The notes below the pieces were generated by a model, which ran no database searches, was not told the DNA's origin, and worked only from the letters and a program-made list of their open reading frames with translations. A DNA stretch of 64,000 bases. Origin: Dendrobates tinctorius. Taxonomy: Eukaryota. This document shows positions 1-11,988 of the stretch, in pieces. The DNA lies in NCBI RefSeq assembly GCF_039654945.1, contig NW_027361711.1, forward strand, positions 14,508,001-14,572,000, in the 5' to 3' direction. A program made the position numbers and the translations under genes. Within the stretch, counting starts at the first letter, position 1, and each line of letters starts with the position of its first letter.

Positions 1-630
1 CGAAAAAAAAAAAAAAACTCATGAAAGAAAAAGCCATTACATTTTTAAACGCAAAAGCAAAACTTTTCTGTATTATTAAATATGCTGCTTCACATTTGCC
101 CAGAAAATAGCATCAAATATGGGGAAAAAAGCATAAAAGAAGCACAGCAAACATGCATTAATCAGAGAAGATTGTTAGTACTTTGGTGGTGCAGACACCT
201 GCAGAAAAAAAATCAACAGAAAAAATGCAGCATTTAAACTATGTGTGGACATGGCCTTAGCATTACAGTTTTATTACATTTTTTATGGATTTAATAGAGA
301 AAAAATATCAACTGCACCATTTTTTACGCCATTTATCGATCTCTATAAATAGTCTGACTGCTGTGTTGTGGGGGTTGTCACGAATACAGAGAAAACAAAT
401 GTATCTATTATTTGCTGTGCTGTTTATTTAATNNNNNNNNNNNNNNNNNNNNNNNNNNNNNNNNNNNNNNNNNNNNNNNNNNNNNNNNNNNNNNNNNNNN
501 NNNNNNNNNNNNNNNNNNNNNNNNNNNNNNNNNNNNNNNNNNNNNNNNNNNNNNNNNNNNNNNNNNNNNNNNNNNNNNNNNNNNNNNNNNNNNNNNNNNN
601 NNNNNNNNNNNNNNNNNNNNNNNNNNNNNN

Positions 631-1375
631 CGCACCGTCGCAGCTACAGCCACAAAATTTGACACAGTCACACGGCTGGACCCCGAGAGCATCCTTGTTG
701 TGAGGCAAAATTTTAACCCTGCGCGTTCCAATTCACCAATTTTGCCCTTGTCTACATAATGGGGAAAAAGTGTGTGTGCGTCAAGCCCCGCCCCTCATTA
801 TGATGTCATAATTCCCCTATCTACATACTGGGGAAAAAGTGTGTGCGCGTCATGCCCCGCCCCTCATTATGATGTCATAATGGTTGCCATGGCGACGCTG
901 ATGTCATCATAGGTTGCAAGCCCTGCCGCTCATTATGATGTCATAATGGTTGACTATGGGATGGAGGATGTGTGATGGGTATATGGGCACTGGACTATGG
1001 GATGGAGGATATGTATGACGGATATATGGGCACGGGACTATGGGATGGCAGATATGTATGATTGGTATATGGGCACGGGACTATGGGATGGAGGATATGT
1101 ATGATGGGTATATGGGCACGGGACTATGGGATGGAGGATGTGTGATGGGTATATGGGCATGGGACTATGGGATGGATGATGTGTGATGGGTATATGGGCA
1201 CTCGACTATGGGATGGAGGATATGTATGACGGGTATATGAGCACGGGACTATGGGATGGTGGATATGTATGACGGGTATATGGGCACAGGCCTATGGGAT
1301 GGAGGATAATTATAGTTTGTTATAACTAACCACAGTTAGTTACTATGCCAGGGCAGCGCCGGGCTCTTCAGCTAG
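631..1375 (+). mobile_element. Non-autonomous Helitron, 3' part (5' end presumably in the N-gap)
   Basis: GC-rich hairpin CCAGGGCAGCGCCGGG (1348-1363) shortly before terminal CTAG (1372-1375), followed by T. This matches the canonical Helitron 3' signature. Internal minisatellites are present. Confidence 0.7.
952..1308 (+). repeat. ~41-42 bp minisatellite (GGACTATGGGATGGAGGATATGTATGACGGGTATATGGGCAC), ~9 copies
   Basis: Directly visible tandem copies inside the Helitron. Confidence 0.9.
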
Positions 1376-3502
1376 TTTGTTATAAAAATGCATTCAAAAT
1401 TATGTTATTTCATTATTAAGTGTTTTCATTCCTATTTGTTAGTTATTTTAGTTATTTTATTTAGTGGAAAAAATCTCTTATTCTCCCTTTAGAATTCAAA
1501 TACATACATTGCACCTAGAAATGTATTTCTATCAGTATTATCTGCCTGTGGAATCAGTCTTCAATACAGATTAAGTGCACAAAATTCTCCACATTACATC
1601 AATAGAGCCTGAGCCTCAGTAGCTTTAGCTTCTCCCTGTAATGTTGAATGCTGTGGGTTTGATTATTGGGGAGACTTGCAAAAAAGAAAAAGTGACATTT
1701 TTGTAATTGCTTCTTAATATTTTTACTACTTTTATAGGAACAAAACATATTTTTCTTCACCCCAGTATACAGGGAACATAGAAATACATTGTTATACACA
1801 ATGTATCTCTATGGAAGTGTATAATCTGCTTCTTCTCTGCCTGAGCAGAAAGATGCGGACCTGTCCGCCGATGAGGAGGAACAACGGAGCAATGAAGATG
1901 TTAGGGCAGTTTTACACGTCCAGATAATTCCGGTACCGGAAAAACCGGTACCGGAGCTATCCGTGTCCGTGTGCATACGGAGGTTATCCGTGTGACATCC
2001 GTGTGCTATCCGTATGTCCGTGTGTACCATCCGTGTGCTGTCCGTACACTGTGTTCCAAATTATTATGCAAATGATATTTTTCTCTGATTTTCCTAAATA
2101 GTCGGTATAAATGACAGTCAGTCTAATAAAAGTCATCACCCGTTAGAGTGTACATCAAATTTTATTGAAGAAACCTCCCAATGATAACAGTATAATCTCC
2201 AAAATGAATAAAAACTCAAATTGCACTGTTCCAAATTATTAGGCACAGTAGAATTTCTAAACATTTGATATGTTTTAAAGAACTGAAAATGCTCATTTGT
2301 GGAATTTGCAGCATTAGGAGGTCACATTCACTGAACAAAAAGGATATTTTGGAGGTAAATAGCTTAACAGGCCAAGTTACATGTTAACATAGGAACCCTT
2401 CTTTGATATCACCTTCACAATTCTTGCATCCATTGAACTTGTGAGTTTTTGGAGAGTTACTGCTTGGATTTCTTTGCATGAAGTCAGAATAGCCTCCCAG
2501 AGCTGCTGTTCTGATGTGACCGGCCTCCCACCCTCATAGATCTTTTGCTTGATGATACTCCAAAGGTTCTCTATAGGGTTGAGGTCAGGGGAAGATGGTG
2601 GCCACACCATGAGTTTATCTCCTCTTATGCCCATAGCAGCCAATGATCAGAGGTATTCTTTGCAGCATGAGATGGTGCATTGTCATGCATGAAGAGGATT
2701 TTGCTCCTGAAGGCATGTTTCTGCTTTTTATACCATGGAAGACAGCTGTCAGTCAGAAACTCTATATACTTTGCAGAGGTCATTTTCACACCTTCAGGAA
2801 CCTTAAAGGGCCCCACCAGCTGTTTCCCCATGATTCCGGCCCAAAACATGACTCCTCCACCTCCTTGCTGACGTCGCAGCCTTTTTGGGACATAGTGGCC
2901 ATCCACTACTCCATCCATCGACACTCATCAGTAAACAAAACTGTTTGAAAATTAGTCTTCATGTATGTCTGGGCCCACTGCAACTATTTCTGCTTGTGAA
3001 CACTGTTTAGGGGTGGCCGAATAGTAGATTTATGCACCACAGCAAGCCTTTGAAGGATCCTACACCTTGAGGTTCGAGGGACTCCAGAGGCACCAGCAGC
3101 TTTAAATATCTGTTTGCTGGTTTGTAATGGCTTTTTAGCAGCCGCTCTCTTAATCCAATGAACTTGCCTGGCAGAAACCTTCCTCATTCTGCCTTTATCA
3201 GCACAAACATGTCTGTGCTCAGAATCAACCACAAATCTCTTAGGCTACTTTCACACATCAGGTTTTCGGCGTCAGGCGCGATCCGGCGTCGTGCCGGAAC
3301 GCCGGATCCGGCAAATGTTTAGTAAAAACCGGATGTGACGGATCCGGTTTTCTGCCAGATCCGTCTTTTTCTTGACAGACAAAACCAGATCCGTCTCATC
3401 CGGTTCATCCGTTTTTCTATCCGTTTTTCGACGGATTACGCCGGATCCGGTTTTTAAAATTGACCCTTGTGGCCTTCCGAACGGGATTGGCTACTGGAAA
3501 AC

Positions 3503-3510
3503 TATATATA
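3503..3510 (+). promoter_or_regulatory. Putative TATA box of the Harbinger transposase
   Basis: TATATATA about 80 bp upstream of the ATG at 3590. Confidence 0.45.
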
Positions 3511-3589
3511 GAGTGTTCCTACAGCCCTTCTTTGACAGGTTGTCGAGGAGAAAGTGCAGGTTGGAGAGAAGAGCAAGTTACTGGCGAAG

Positions 3590-4960
3590 ATGGATGTTGT
3601 CATTGGAAATATTTTGAAGAATTTGGCGGATTTTATAGCGGAGGCGAATCGTTTGAGGGTGATTGTTCTGGAGAAGGAGAGAGCGAGACAGCAGTGCATC
3701 AGGCATCGTAGACGACGTTTGTGGATCCACCCCATCACAGCCAAGAGAATGACGCGTGGGGTCTATTCTACACTCTGCATGGACCTTCGACGAAACCCGG
3801 ATAAATTTTTTGGATATGTTCGGATGAAAATGGAGAATTTTGATTACTTGGTGGAGCGCATTGCACACCTCATAAGAAAAGCAGACACCTATTGCCGCTT
3901 CTCTGTTTCACCCGCAGAGCGTCTGATGGTGACTTTAAGGTAAGCCACATTTATTGGATATGCTCGCATCAGAGCACACTTTCACTGCAATCTTGTTGGT
4001 GGTAGTTTGTATCTCCAAGTGTTATAGCTGAGTTTTGGTATGTAATGCTGTGATTTTAAACTAATTGATTGTTTTTTAATTCCCCACAGATTTCTTGCAA
4101 CTGGAGAATCCCTTTCGTCACTGCATTTCCAGTACAGACTCGGGATTTCCACCATATCAGGAATAGTGAAGTACACATGCCGTGCACTGTGGGACTCCTT
4201 AGCTGAAGAGTTTTTACCAGAGCCCACAACAGAGAGGTGGATTGAAATTGCTGACAAGTTTCAACAGATATGTCAGTTTCCCAACTGCTTGGGCGCTGTG
4301 GACGGGAAACATATCCGCATTGTAAAGCCAGCCGGATCGGGATCGGAATATTTCAATTACAAGAAATATTTTTCAATTGTCCTCATGGCCATCGCTGATG
4401 CGGAATACAAATTTATTGCTGTGGATATTGGGGCCTATGGCCGCTCCAATGACTCTCAAGTTTTCAAACTGTCTGCCATGGGGCGTAAACTGTATGGAAA
4501 CACCTTCCAGTTCCCACCCCCTAGACCGCTGCCGCAAACATCTGGTCCACCTATGCCATTTGTCTGTGTAGGGAATGAAGCCTTCCAGCTGTCAGAACAC
4601 CTTTTGAAACCATACTCTAGCAGAGGATTGACAAGACCAAAACGCATTTTTAATTACCGCCTCACAAGAGCAAGAAGAATGGTTGAATGTACCTTTGGTA
4701 TTCTGACAGCCAAATGGCGGGTCCTATTGACTGCGATCAGCCTCAAGACAGAAACTGTTGACGAGGTGATCAAAGCTTGCGTGGTACTCCACAATTTTGT
4801 TATCTGCAAGGAACCCATTTCCATTGAGGACACCTCTGAAGAAACCGCCTTGCAAGATTACCATGACATTACCACTAGAAGTTCTGTGACGGTTTCAGTA
4901 ATGAGGGACAATTTTGCACTATACTTTGTCACCTCAAGGCAGAGTACACTGGCAGGATGA
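3590..4960 (+). CDS. Harbinger (HARBI1-like) DDE transposase; exons 3590-3939 and 4090-4960; probably defective
   Basis: GT-AG intron 3940-4089 restores MVTLR/FLATGES. Motifs FPNCLGAVDGKH, FNYKKYFSIVLMAI, FNYRLTRARRMVECTFG. The second catalytic Asp reads Asn (GNEAF). Probable frameshift near 4929; the alternative frame ends SPQGRVHWQDDRV* at 4970. Confidence 0.92.
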
Positions 4961-5421
4961 CAGAGTGTGAAAGATTTGTGCCCTAACCAAACTTGTCTAC
5001 CTTCTGTACCAACAGTATATACCTTTGCCAACCAAAGTTGGCTATCTTGCCATGGTCTCTATTTTTAGCTTTAGGCCACAGGTGTGTACCTGGTTGTGTT
5101 TTATGCAAAGTATTTCACCTTTTAACAAAAGTTGTGTACATTGTTATGAAATCACCAACAATAAACACAACTTTTTAGGTGAAATACTTTGCTTCAAACA
5201 CAACCAGGAACACAACTGTGGCAAAAAGCTAAAATTTACCCACAGTTATATACCTGGTTTTGAATACCTTTTTACCTTTTAAATACCCTTTATTTAAGCT
5301 TTTTTTTAAACATATTTCGCCGCAGAAAGAAATGACAGACAACCAGTGTAAACAATAATTTAACTTTTTATTTAAAATATTTTTTTGTTTGTAAACTGTT
5401 TTTAAAGTTAAAAAAACTTTT

Positions 5422-8059
5422 TTAATAAAGGTTTGAAAAAAACATGGGCATTTTTATTACAAAACACATCATAAATCTGTGTAGTGTGGGGTGGAAATAC
5501 TGCTGGAGGGGCTGCGGGACACTTCGACACTGGGAGTGTGGAGAGAGGATTGGGATCGTGGTGGGGAAGGAACAGTTAGAGGTGATGGTGTGGAAAAAGC
5601 TACAGAATGGGTGGACATGTGGGAGGCAGAAGAGGTGGTGGGCGGTGGAGTGGAGGGTTGGGCAGGGACTGTAGGAGCAGATGATGTTGATGGAAAGTTG
5701 TATGGGGAAGGAGTTTGGTACGGGGAAGGAGTTTGGTACGGGGAAGGAGTTTGATATGGGGCAGGTTGCTGGAAGTGGGGAGATGACTGGTACTGGGGAG
5801 GTTGCTGGTACTGGGGAGGTTGCTGGTACTGGGGAGGTTGCTGGTACTGTAATAGGAGGGGGAGGATGGAAAGTGGCTGGAGGGGGTGCAGATGTAATAG
5901 GAGGGGGAGGATGGAAAGTGGCTGGAGGGGGTGCAGATGTAATAGGAGGGGGAGGATGGAAAGTGGCTGGAGGGGGTGCAGGTGGAGGAACTACAGTGGT
6001 GGGAGGTGGAGGTTGGGAGGTAACCTGCTGTAAAGCACCGTGGCACGAATGCATTACATGCATCTGCTGGGTAGGAGATAGTGTTGCCATGCGCTCCACA
6101 ACAGACCTGAAAAAGGTGTGGTTTGGCGAAGAACTTCCTTCTGAATGCATGGTTTGCAGAAGTGTCTTCACCTCCAGAATGCTGGAGTTGATCTGCTGAA
6201 AGCCTGCGGAGATTTGCTCTGACAAGACTTTTAGACAGTTCTGGAAAGATGCATTCAGATGCAAGAACTCTGGCGCATAACTCTTTTCCTGACCCCTCTG
6301 CCGCTGCCGCCCAGTACCCGCAGGTGTACTAGAGGTGGCAGGGGCAGAAGGGTGGGGTAAAGGGAAAGCGATCTCCTCACCAGCAGCTTCATGTAATGTA
6401 GGCGGCCACGATGCTCCTGTGCTGGTGGATGGGACAGATGGGTCGAATGTGTGGGAAGGCTGGGAAGGTGCAGATGTACCGGGGCGGTCGAAGTGTCCCT
6501 CGGTGCCGGTCTCCTCAGGGATCGCCTCAGAAGGGTCCAATCGTGCAGGCTCCCGAGTGCTGCTCACCGTGCTGTGGAATAAAGAGAAAAAAAAACAATT
6601 AAAATAGTGACATGGTATGGCCCTGGCTGAAAAAAAAAAGTTACATCTAAATATTTTTTTGTCACATGTGGTGTGTAATATTTACCTTCTGGTGAGCATT
6701 GTCTCCCGGAGGAACGACAGGGCTCGTGCGTACTTGTACTTGCTCCTGCGTCCTCCAGATCCACTCGGGGCCCGCATCTCTTTATTGAACTCCTTCTTGA
6801 AATGATCCCTCACAGACCACCACCGCTTCACAATTCTCTCCCCTGAAACGAGAAAGGACAAAGTGGTTAGTATACAACATCAGTGTTTCCCAAACTCCAG
6901 TCCTCATGGTCCCCAGGGGTCATGTTTTCAGGATTTCCAAAGTAAATAGAAATCCTGAACACATGATCCGTGGGGACCACGAGGACTGGAGTTCGGGAAA
7001 CACTGGTTTAAATCAAGCAACCGGTACTGTATATACTTACGCTCTTTAATCTGGGCCCGAGCTTCGAGGTCCTCCCAGCGGTCCACAAGGAGCGAACAGA
7101 TTTCCTCCCAGAGTCGTCGGGTAACGATCAGGTCAGCGTGGCGGCGGTCAGCCATATTCCAGAGCGGCTCCCTTTCTCTGATGAGATCGATGAGGCGGTC
7201 CACATCAATCCCTCCATCCTCACCGTCAGAGTCGGGAGCACGCTGTGAAGGCTGTTAAAGAAAAAGACAAAAATAACATAATTAGCCTGCACAAAAGAAA
7301 TGAAATAAAAAGTGCAAAAAAAACAAAGCAAAAATATTTATACTTACACGCTGGTGACCGCCGCGTTGCTGTCGCCGACGACCCTGGGAGGCACTGCGAG
7401 GACCTCTTGGCCGAGCACCAGATTGGGAAGACTAGAGAAGAAAACAAAAAATGTTATGTCTTTGGATGTAGGCATTTGTTTGCTGTGTGTGGTCTGCAGA
7501 ACATTGTTTTCTATGTGTTGTGTGTAGTGTGATGTTGTGTTTCTGCGTTTGATGCAAAAAACTTACCAATTGTGAGCCCACTCCAAGTGTCTGTCCACCC
7601 CTTCCTTCTTCTTCTGGGAGCTCCTCTTCATCTTGTGATTCCTGTTTTGAAATAAAAGGCAATGAATACACATATATTACAGAGATGATGGATTTTGGAA
7701 ATAAAAACTTACCGTCAAACGCTGACGATGCGAGGGAGGGCTCCCAGAAGATGTGCTGTCTTCCTCATGGCCAGACTCCATGGCTGTGGGTGGTGTTTCT
7801 GCTGCTGCCATTGCTGCTGCTGCTGCTGCATCTATTGGGCGGCTGTTGAATAAAGAGAAACAAAGGGCCAATGAATATCTTGATATTCCATAGCCCTAGT
7901 TTGGAGGAATGGGGGATTAGATAATTACCGTCTCTCATCTGCTGCTGGACTCCCCTCCCGTTGTTCAGCATGCTGCTCCATTTGGGGTGGTGCTGATGGT
8001 GCTGCTGCTGCAGATGTCTGCTGCCTTCTCCTGCTCCTGGTTCTTGGCTTGGGTGGCAT
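5422..8059 (-). CDS. Harbinger accessory MADF (Myb/SANT-like) DNA-binding protein, 7 predicted exons: 8059-7929, 7842-7713, 7641-7567, 7431-7348, 7251-7041, 6842-6686, 6571-5422
   Basis: All six introns are GT-AG with consistent phases. MADF domain IDVDRLIDLIREREPLWNMADRRH..RLWEEI..VKRWWSVRDHFKKE..YKYARALSFL. Pro-rich repetitive tail. Confidence 0.85.
6881..7005. mobile_element. 125 bp fold-back hAT-type MITE in an intron of the MADF gene
   Basis: CAGTGTTTCCCAAACTCCAGTCCTC ... GAGGACTGGAGTTCGGGAAACACTG, almost wholly palindromic; no TSD retained. Confidence 0.75.
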
Positions 8060-8090
8060 GTTGGGTGTGGCTGAGGGTCCCATTGTCTTG

Positions 8091-8100
8091 CTTTTATATA
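8091..8100 (-). promoter_or_regulatory. Putative TATA box of the MADF gene
   Basis: TATATAAAAG on the minus strand about 32-41 bp before the ATG at 8059. Confidence 0.55.
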
Positions 8101-9652
8101 TGTCCTGTGGGCAGAGCTACTGAGCATGCTCAGACCAAAGAAACCGGATCCGGCCGCCGGATCCGGCTGTCGCCGGATCAGGCGCATTGCGGCGCTCATA
8201 GGCTTTCATTGTATGAAAAAGCCGGCGTGTCCGGCTTTTTCGCCGGAGACAAAAAACGTTACAGTAGCCATTTTTTCCAGACGCCGGATCGCGTCACATT
8301 GCCGGATCCGGCGAAAATCGGATGAAACGCATGGCCATCCGGCTCGATCCGGCTCTAATGCAAGTCAATGGGGGGGAAACCGGATCCGGCATTGCATTTC
8401 ACCGGATCCGGTTTTAGTCAAAAGCGCCGGATCGCGCCTGACGCCGAAAACCTGATGTGTGAAAGAGGCCTTAACAGTACAATGATCACGTTTAAGTTTT
8501 TGGGAAATATCTAATGTTTTCATCTCTTGACCAAGTCATTGCACTATTTGATGCTTTTCAGCAGCAGAGAGATCATTTTTAATTCCTAAATTCATTGAAA
8601 CCTGTGCCCTGCTTAATAATGTGGAACATCATTCTTAAGTAGCTTTCCTTTAATTGAGCTCATCTTATAAACTAATTATCACAGGCATTTGAGATTGATT
8701 TCAGTGATCCAAAGAGCCCTGATACACAATACCATCTATGAGTTTATTTGATAAACAAAAAATTACATCTTTATGACACTTAAATCCAATTTGCATAATA
8801 ATTTGAAACACAGTGTATGCTGTCCAAGTGTCCGTGTCTGTGTTTTTGAAAAATTGTTTTTAATGTTAACCCTTTGACTTTTAAAAACGCACACGGATCG
8901 CACACGGACAGCATCAGTGTGCGGTACGTGTTTACACGGACCCATTGACTTGTATGGGTCTGTGTGATCCGTGCTGTTGCACAAAAACAGACATGTCAGC
9001 GTGTTTTGCACATGGACACATGGTCCATGAAGACACGCTGACATCTGCATAGACACATTCATGAGAATGTGTCTACGTGTGTCAGTGTCTCCAGTACGTG
9101 AGAAAACTGTCACTACACGTATCGGAGACACTGACGTGTGAAACTGCCCTTAGAGAGAGGTGAATATCAGAAGCTGGGACAGTCCCGCTGAATTTGGTTG
9201 ATTGGGAGCTATATGTGTGTTTCTTAAGTGTGTTTGTTTGTATACAGAATAGCATGAGTGTGTCAGTATATATGTGTGTAAGTATAGAATGTGCCTTGCC
9301 TGTTTATGCATTGTCCATATATATGGTATGTGCTTGTTTATATGTGTGTATGTATCCATCTTAAATTTTGTCTGTTTAATGAGAAGTGTGAACATGCATA
9401 CCAACTTATACTCCGACTAAGTTTTTTATGTTGTATTAGATTCATGTACTCATGCACAAACAAGGGCATGGCCTCTCTTTCTTTGAGCAGAGCATTGCAT
9501 TTATATAACTTCCCATGGCATTGTGTCCACAGTTGGGGTCCAGTCCCGCTTGACCCTTATTCACATTGAGGTCGCTTTTGGCACATGTGTGGTAACTAGC
9601 ATGTACGCAGGATGCAGTGACGAGTAAGGAGGCACAACAACAGTTAAACTCA

Positions 9653-9654
<2 letters not shown>

Positions 9655-9714
<60 letters not shown>
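9655..9714. repeat. (AT)n microsatellite
   Basis: About 30 perfect AT units. Confidence 0.98.
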
Positions 9715-9717
<3 letters not shown>

Positions 9718-10839
9718 AAAGCTGACAGCGAGTTTTCCATGCAGGGAAGTAAAACACAAATACACAATCTCACACAGAATAAACAATACGGGGTGAGAGG
9801 TGACCATTATGTGGCCATGTACTGGGCAACTAAGGACCCATGGGGGCTAGAACTGGGGAACAAGCAACAGAGAGTCACTTATTGGTCTCTGATGTCCTGC
9901 AGAGTTGGTGTATGAGGAATGTCCTGGTGGTGCCTCAGTCGACGGGTCCAGCCGAGGAAGCACTGCCGGAGGGTCCGGAAGTCTTTGCACTCCAGTACCA
10001 CGGGGTGAACACGAGCCCCACATAGTTCTCCTGATGTTGGGCCTCCTGCAGTGGGGAGCGAAGAGGAGAGGACCACAGGTCCCAATGAGGAGGCCGCAGC
10101 CGCGTTGTGAAGCAGAGCTTAGGCGGCCTGCAGGTCCTGCTGCGAAAGCCATAGCCGCAGTGTGGGGCAGAGCGAAGGTGGCTGCGGGTCTCGGTGAGGA
10201 GGCTGCTGCCGCGGTGTGAAGCAGAGTGGAGGCGGCTGCGGGTCCTGCTGTGAAGGCCATAGCTGCAGTAAGGGGCAGTGCAGAGGGGGCTGCAGTTCCC
10301 GATGTGGAGGCCGCAGCCGTGGTGTAAGGCAGAGCAGAGGCAGCCGTGATTCCCGATGTGGAGGCCGCAGCTGCAGTATGAAGCAGAGGGGAGGTGGCCG
10401 CGGGTCCCGATGTCAGGGTCGAGGGTGGCGGGCGAACAGCCCGCAGAGAAGAGCCGTCTACTTCTTGAGGGATGCCGCGCCTGAGGGTGCACCGTGGCAC
10501 GCGTTCTGCAGCAACTCGGGGAGAGGCTTCTCCTCCGGGCACGCAATCGGGGCCCTCCACTCAGTCAGGTCTGGTACTCTCCCGTCTCTCTCGGAAGTGC
10601 TGACTCACGCCTGAGGGAAGAGGTCCGCTTGGCTCCTCCCTCCTATGTCTCGTCTCTCTTCCCTCCCAGTGCTCCTTGTTTACCTGCACTGCTCGTTTTA
10701 TAGTTGACCTACCCCTTTTTGCCTGGTCAAAGGTCGGTCCTGGCCTGCAATCATAACCCAGGGAACACGGGTGACAGCCCTCTTAGTTCCGGCCCAGAAA
10801 CACGGTCGGTCCTTTGTCCTGGACTCACTCCCCTACACA
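9714..10839. mobile_element. Probable LTR-like repeat with internal ~60 bp GC-rich tandem units (~10090-10410)
   Basis: Starts TG and ends ACA; repeated GAGGCCGCAGC..GCAGAG units; no TSD recognised. Confidence 0.35.
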
Positions 10840-10931
10840 TGGTAAAGTTTTAATATTAGAGACAGTATAGTATCATCCTGATTTGGGTACATCTTGGGTT
10901 TTTGCTCATTTGGTATCAGTCTTAAGTTTTC

Positions 10932-11338
10932 TATGTATGTACAGTATGTGCCTGTCTATATGGTATATATATGTGTTTATGTGCCTGTATGTATAGTATG
11001 TGTGTATGTGCCTGTATATATGCATTGTGTGTATGTTTAGTATGTGTGTATGTGCCTGTATGTGTGTATGTGCCTGTATGTGTGTATGTGCCTGTATATA
11101 TGCATTGTGTGTATGTTTAGTATGTGTGTATGTGCCTGTATGTGTGTATGTGCCTGTATGTGTGTATGTGCCATTGTGTGTATGTATAGTATGTGTGTAT
11201 GTGCCTGTATATATGCATTGTGTGTATGTTTTCTATGTATGTACAGTATGTGCCTGTCTATATGGTATATATATGTGTTTATGTGCCTGTATGTATAGTA
11301 TGTGTGTATGTGCCTGTATATATGCATTGTGTGTATGT
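10932..11338. repeat. Compound TG/TA-rich simple repeat (TGTGTATGTGCCTGTA)n with higher-order duplication
   Basis: Directly visible. Confidence 0.9.
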
Positions 11339-11480
11339 GAGGAACAGCTCTGCATATTCTTCCATTGTTGGTTTCCTTTATTCTTCTATGCATCAAGTGC
11401 TAACTATACCTCATGCAACAACTTAATGCACCTTGGTCTGCAACGTCATGATGTCACCTGTTCTAGTCATCACTGTAAGT

Positions 11481-11777
11481 ATGGATGAGCGGACCTGTGG
11501 AAGTTCTGGTTTGTCGGGTTCAACCGAACTTTAGTCCAAAGTTTAGTTTGGGTACCAAAACTGTACCTGAACTTGAACCTTAACCCAAAACCCATACTGT
11601 AGAAACCAATGTTGACCAAAACTTTGGAGGTGGAAAATAAATCTCTCTCTCTTCTCTCTCTCTCTTCCTGAGCTGGAAAACGGACTTTCAGGAAAAGTTT
11701 CTGTTCGGAGTTCAAAACTGAACACTGAGTGTCTAATCTGAACCATGAACTTTACAGTTCGGGTTCGCTCATCTCTA
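11481..11777. mobile_element. Degenerate hAT-derived MITE (TAGAGATGAGCG-type TIR)
   Basis: Right end GTTCGGGTTCGCTCATCTCTA; decayed left end GGATGAGCGG. Confidence 0.6.
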
Positions 11778-11988
11778 GCCATAAGCACTGAAAAATTAAC
11801 ACAGAAATAAAACACAGAGCAAGTGGGAGGAAATAAGTCTGCAAAGGACAGGGCAAACAACTGTAGCACAAGGACAAGGGGAAGGGCAAAGTGAGTGTAA
11901 TGGTTCTTTAATTATTTTTTAACCCCTAATTAAGAATCAACCATCAGTCAGGAACAATATCTTTACTAACGAGTTAGGGAATAATTTG

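Larger units (their letters stand above)
3243..8470. mobile_element. Full-length two-gene PIF/Harbinger transposon
   Basis: 46 bp TIRs GGCTACTTTCACACATCAGGTTTTCGGCGTCAGGCGCGATCCGGCG with 2 mismatches; TTA TSD at 3240-3242 and 8471-8473; many subterminal CCGGATCCGG palindromes; convergent nuclease and MADF genes. Confidence 0.96.
2377..8587 (-). pseudogene. Tc1 DDE transposase pseudogene (N-terminal piece ~8587-8474, remainder 3242-2377)
   Basis: Motifs VMFWAGI, FMHDNAPSH, WPPSSPDLNPIENLW. The N-terminal piece DLSAAEKHQIVQ*LGQEMKTLDISQKLKRDHCTVK joins RFVVDSEH across the insertion. Contains a stop, frameshifts and a lost ATG. Confidence 0.92.
2047..8815 (-). mobile_element. Tc1/mariner DNA transposon, interrupted by a Harbinger element
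   Basis: 27 bp TIRs CACTGTGTTCCAAATTATTATGCAAAT / ATTTGCATAATAATTTGAAACACAGTG; TA TSD at 2045-2046 and 8816-8817. Confidence 0.95.
1904..9149. mobile_element. PIF/Harbinger-type MITE, split by the Tc1 insertion
   Basis: TIRs GGGCAGTTTTACACGTC / GACGTGTGAAACTGCCC (16/17 match); TTA duplicated at 1901-1903 and 9150-9152. Confidence 0.85.

Noticed and set aside
368-759. ORFs spanning the first N-gap
   Set aside because: Artefacts of the N run; the same applies to 39557-39775.
9847-10614. Overlapping Ala-rich ORFs of 130-237 aa
   Set aside because: GC-rich tandem repeats open in several frames; no recognisable domain.
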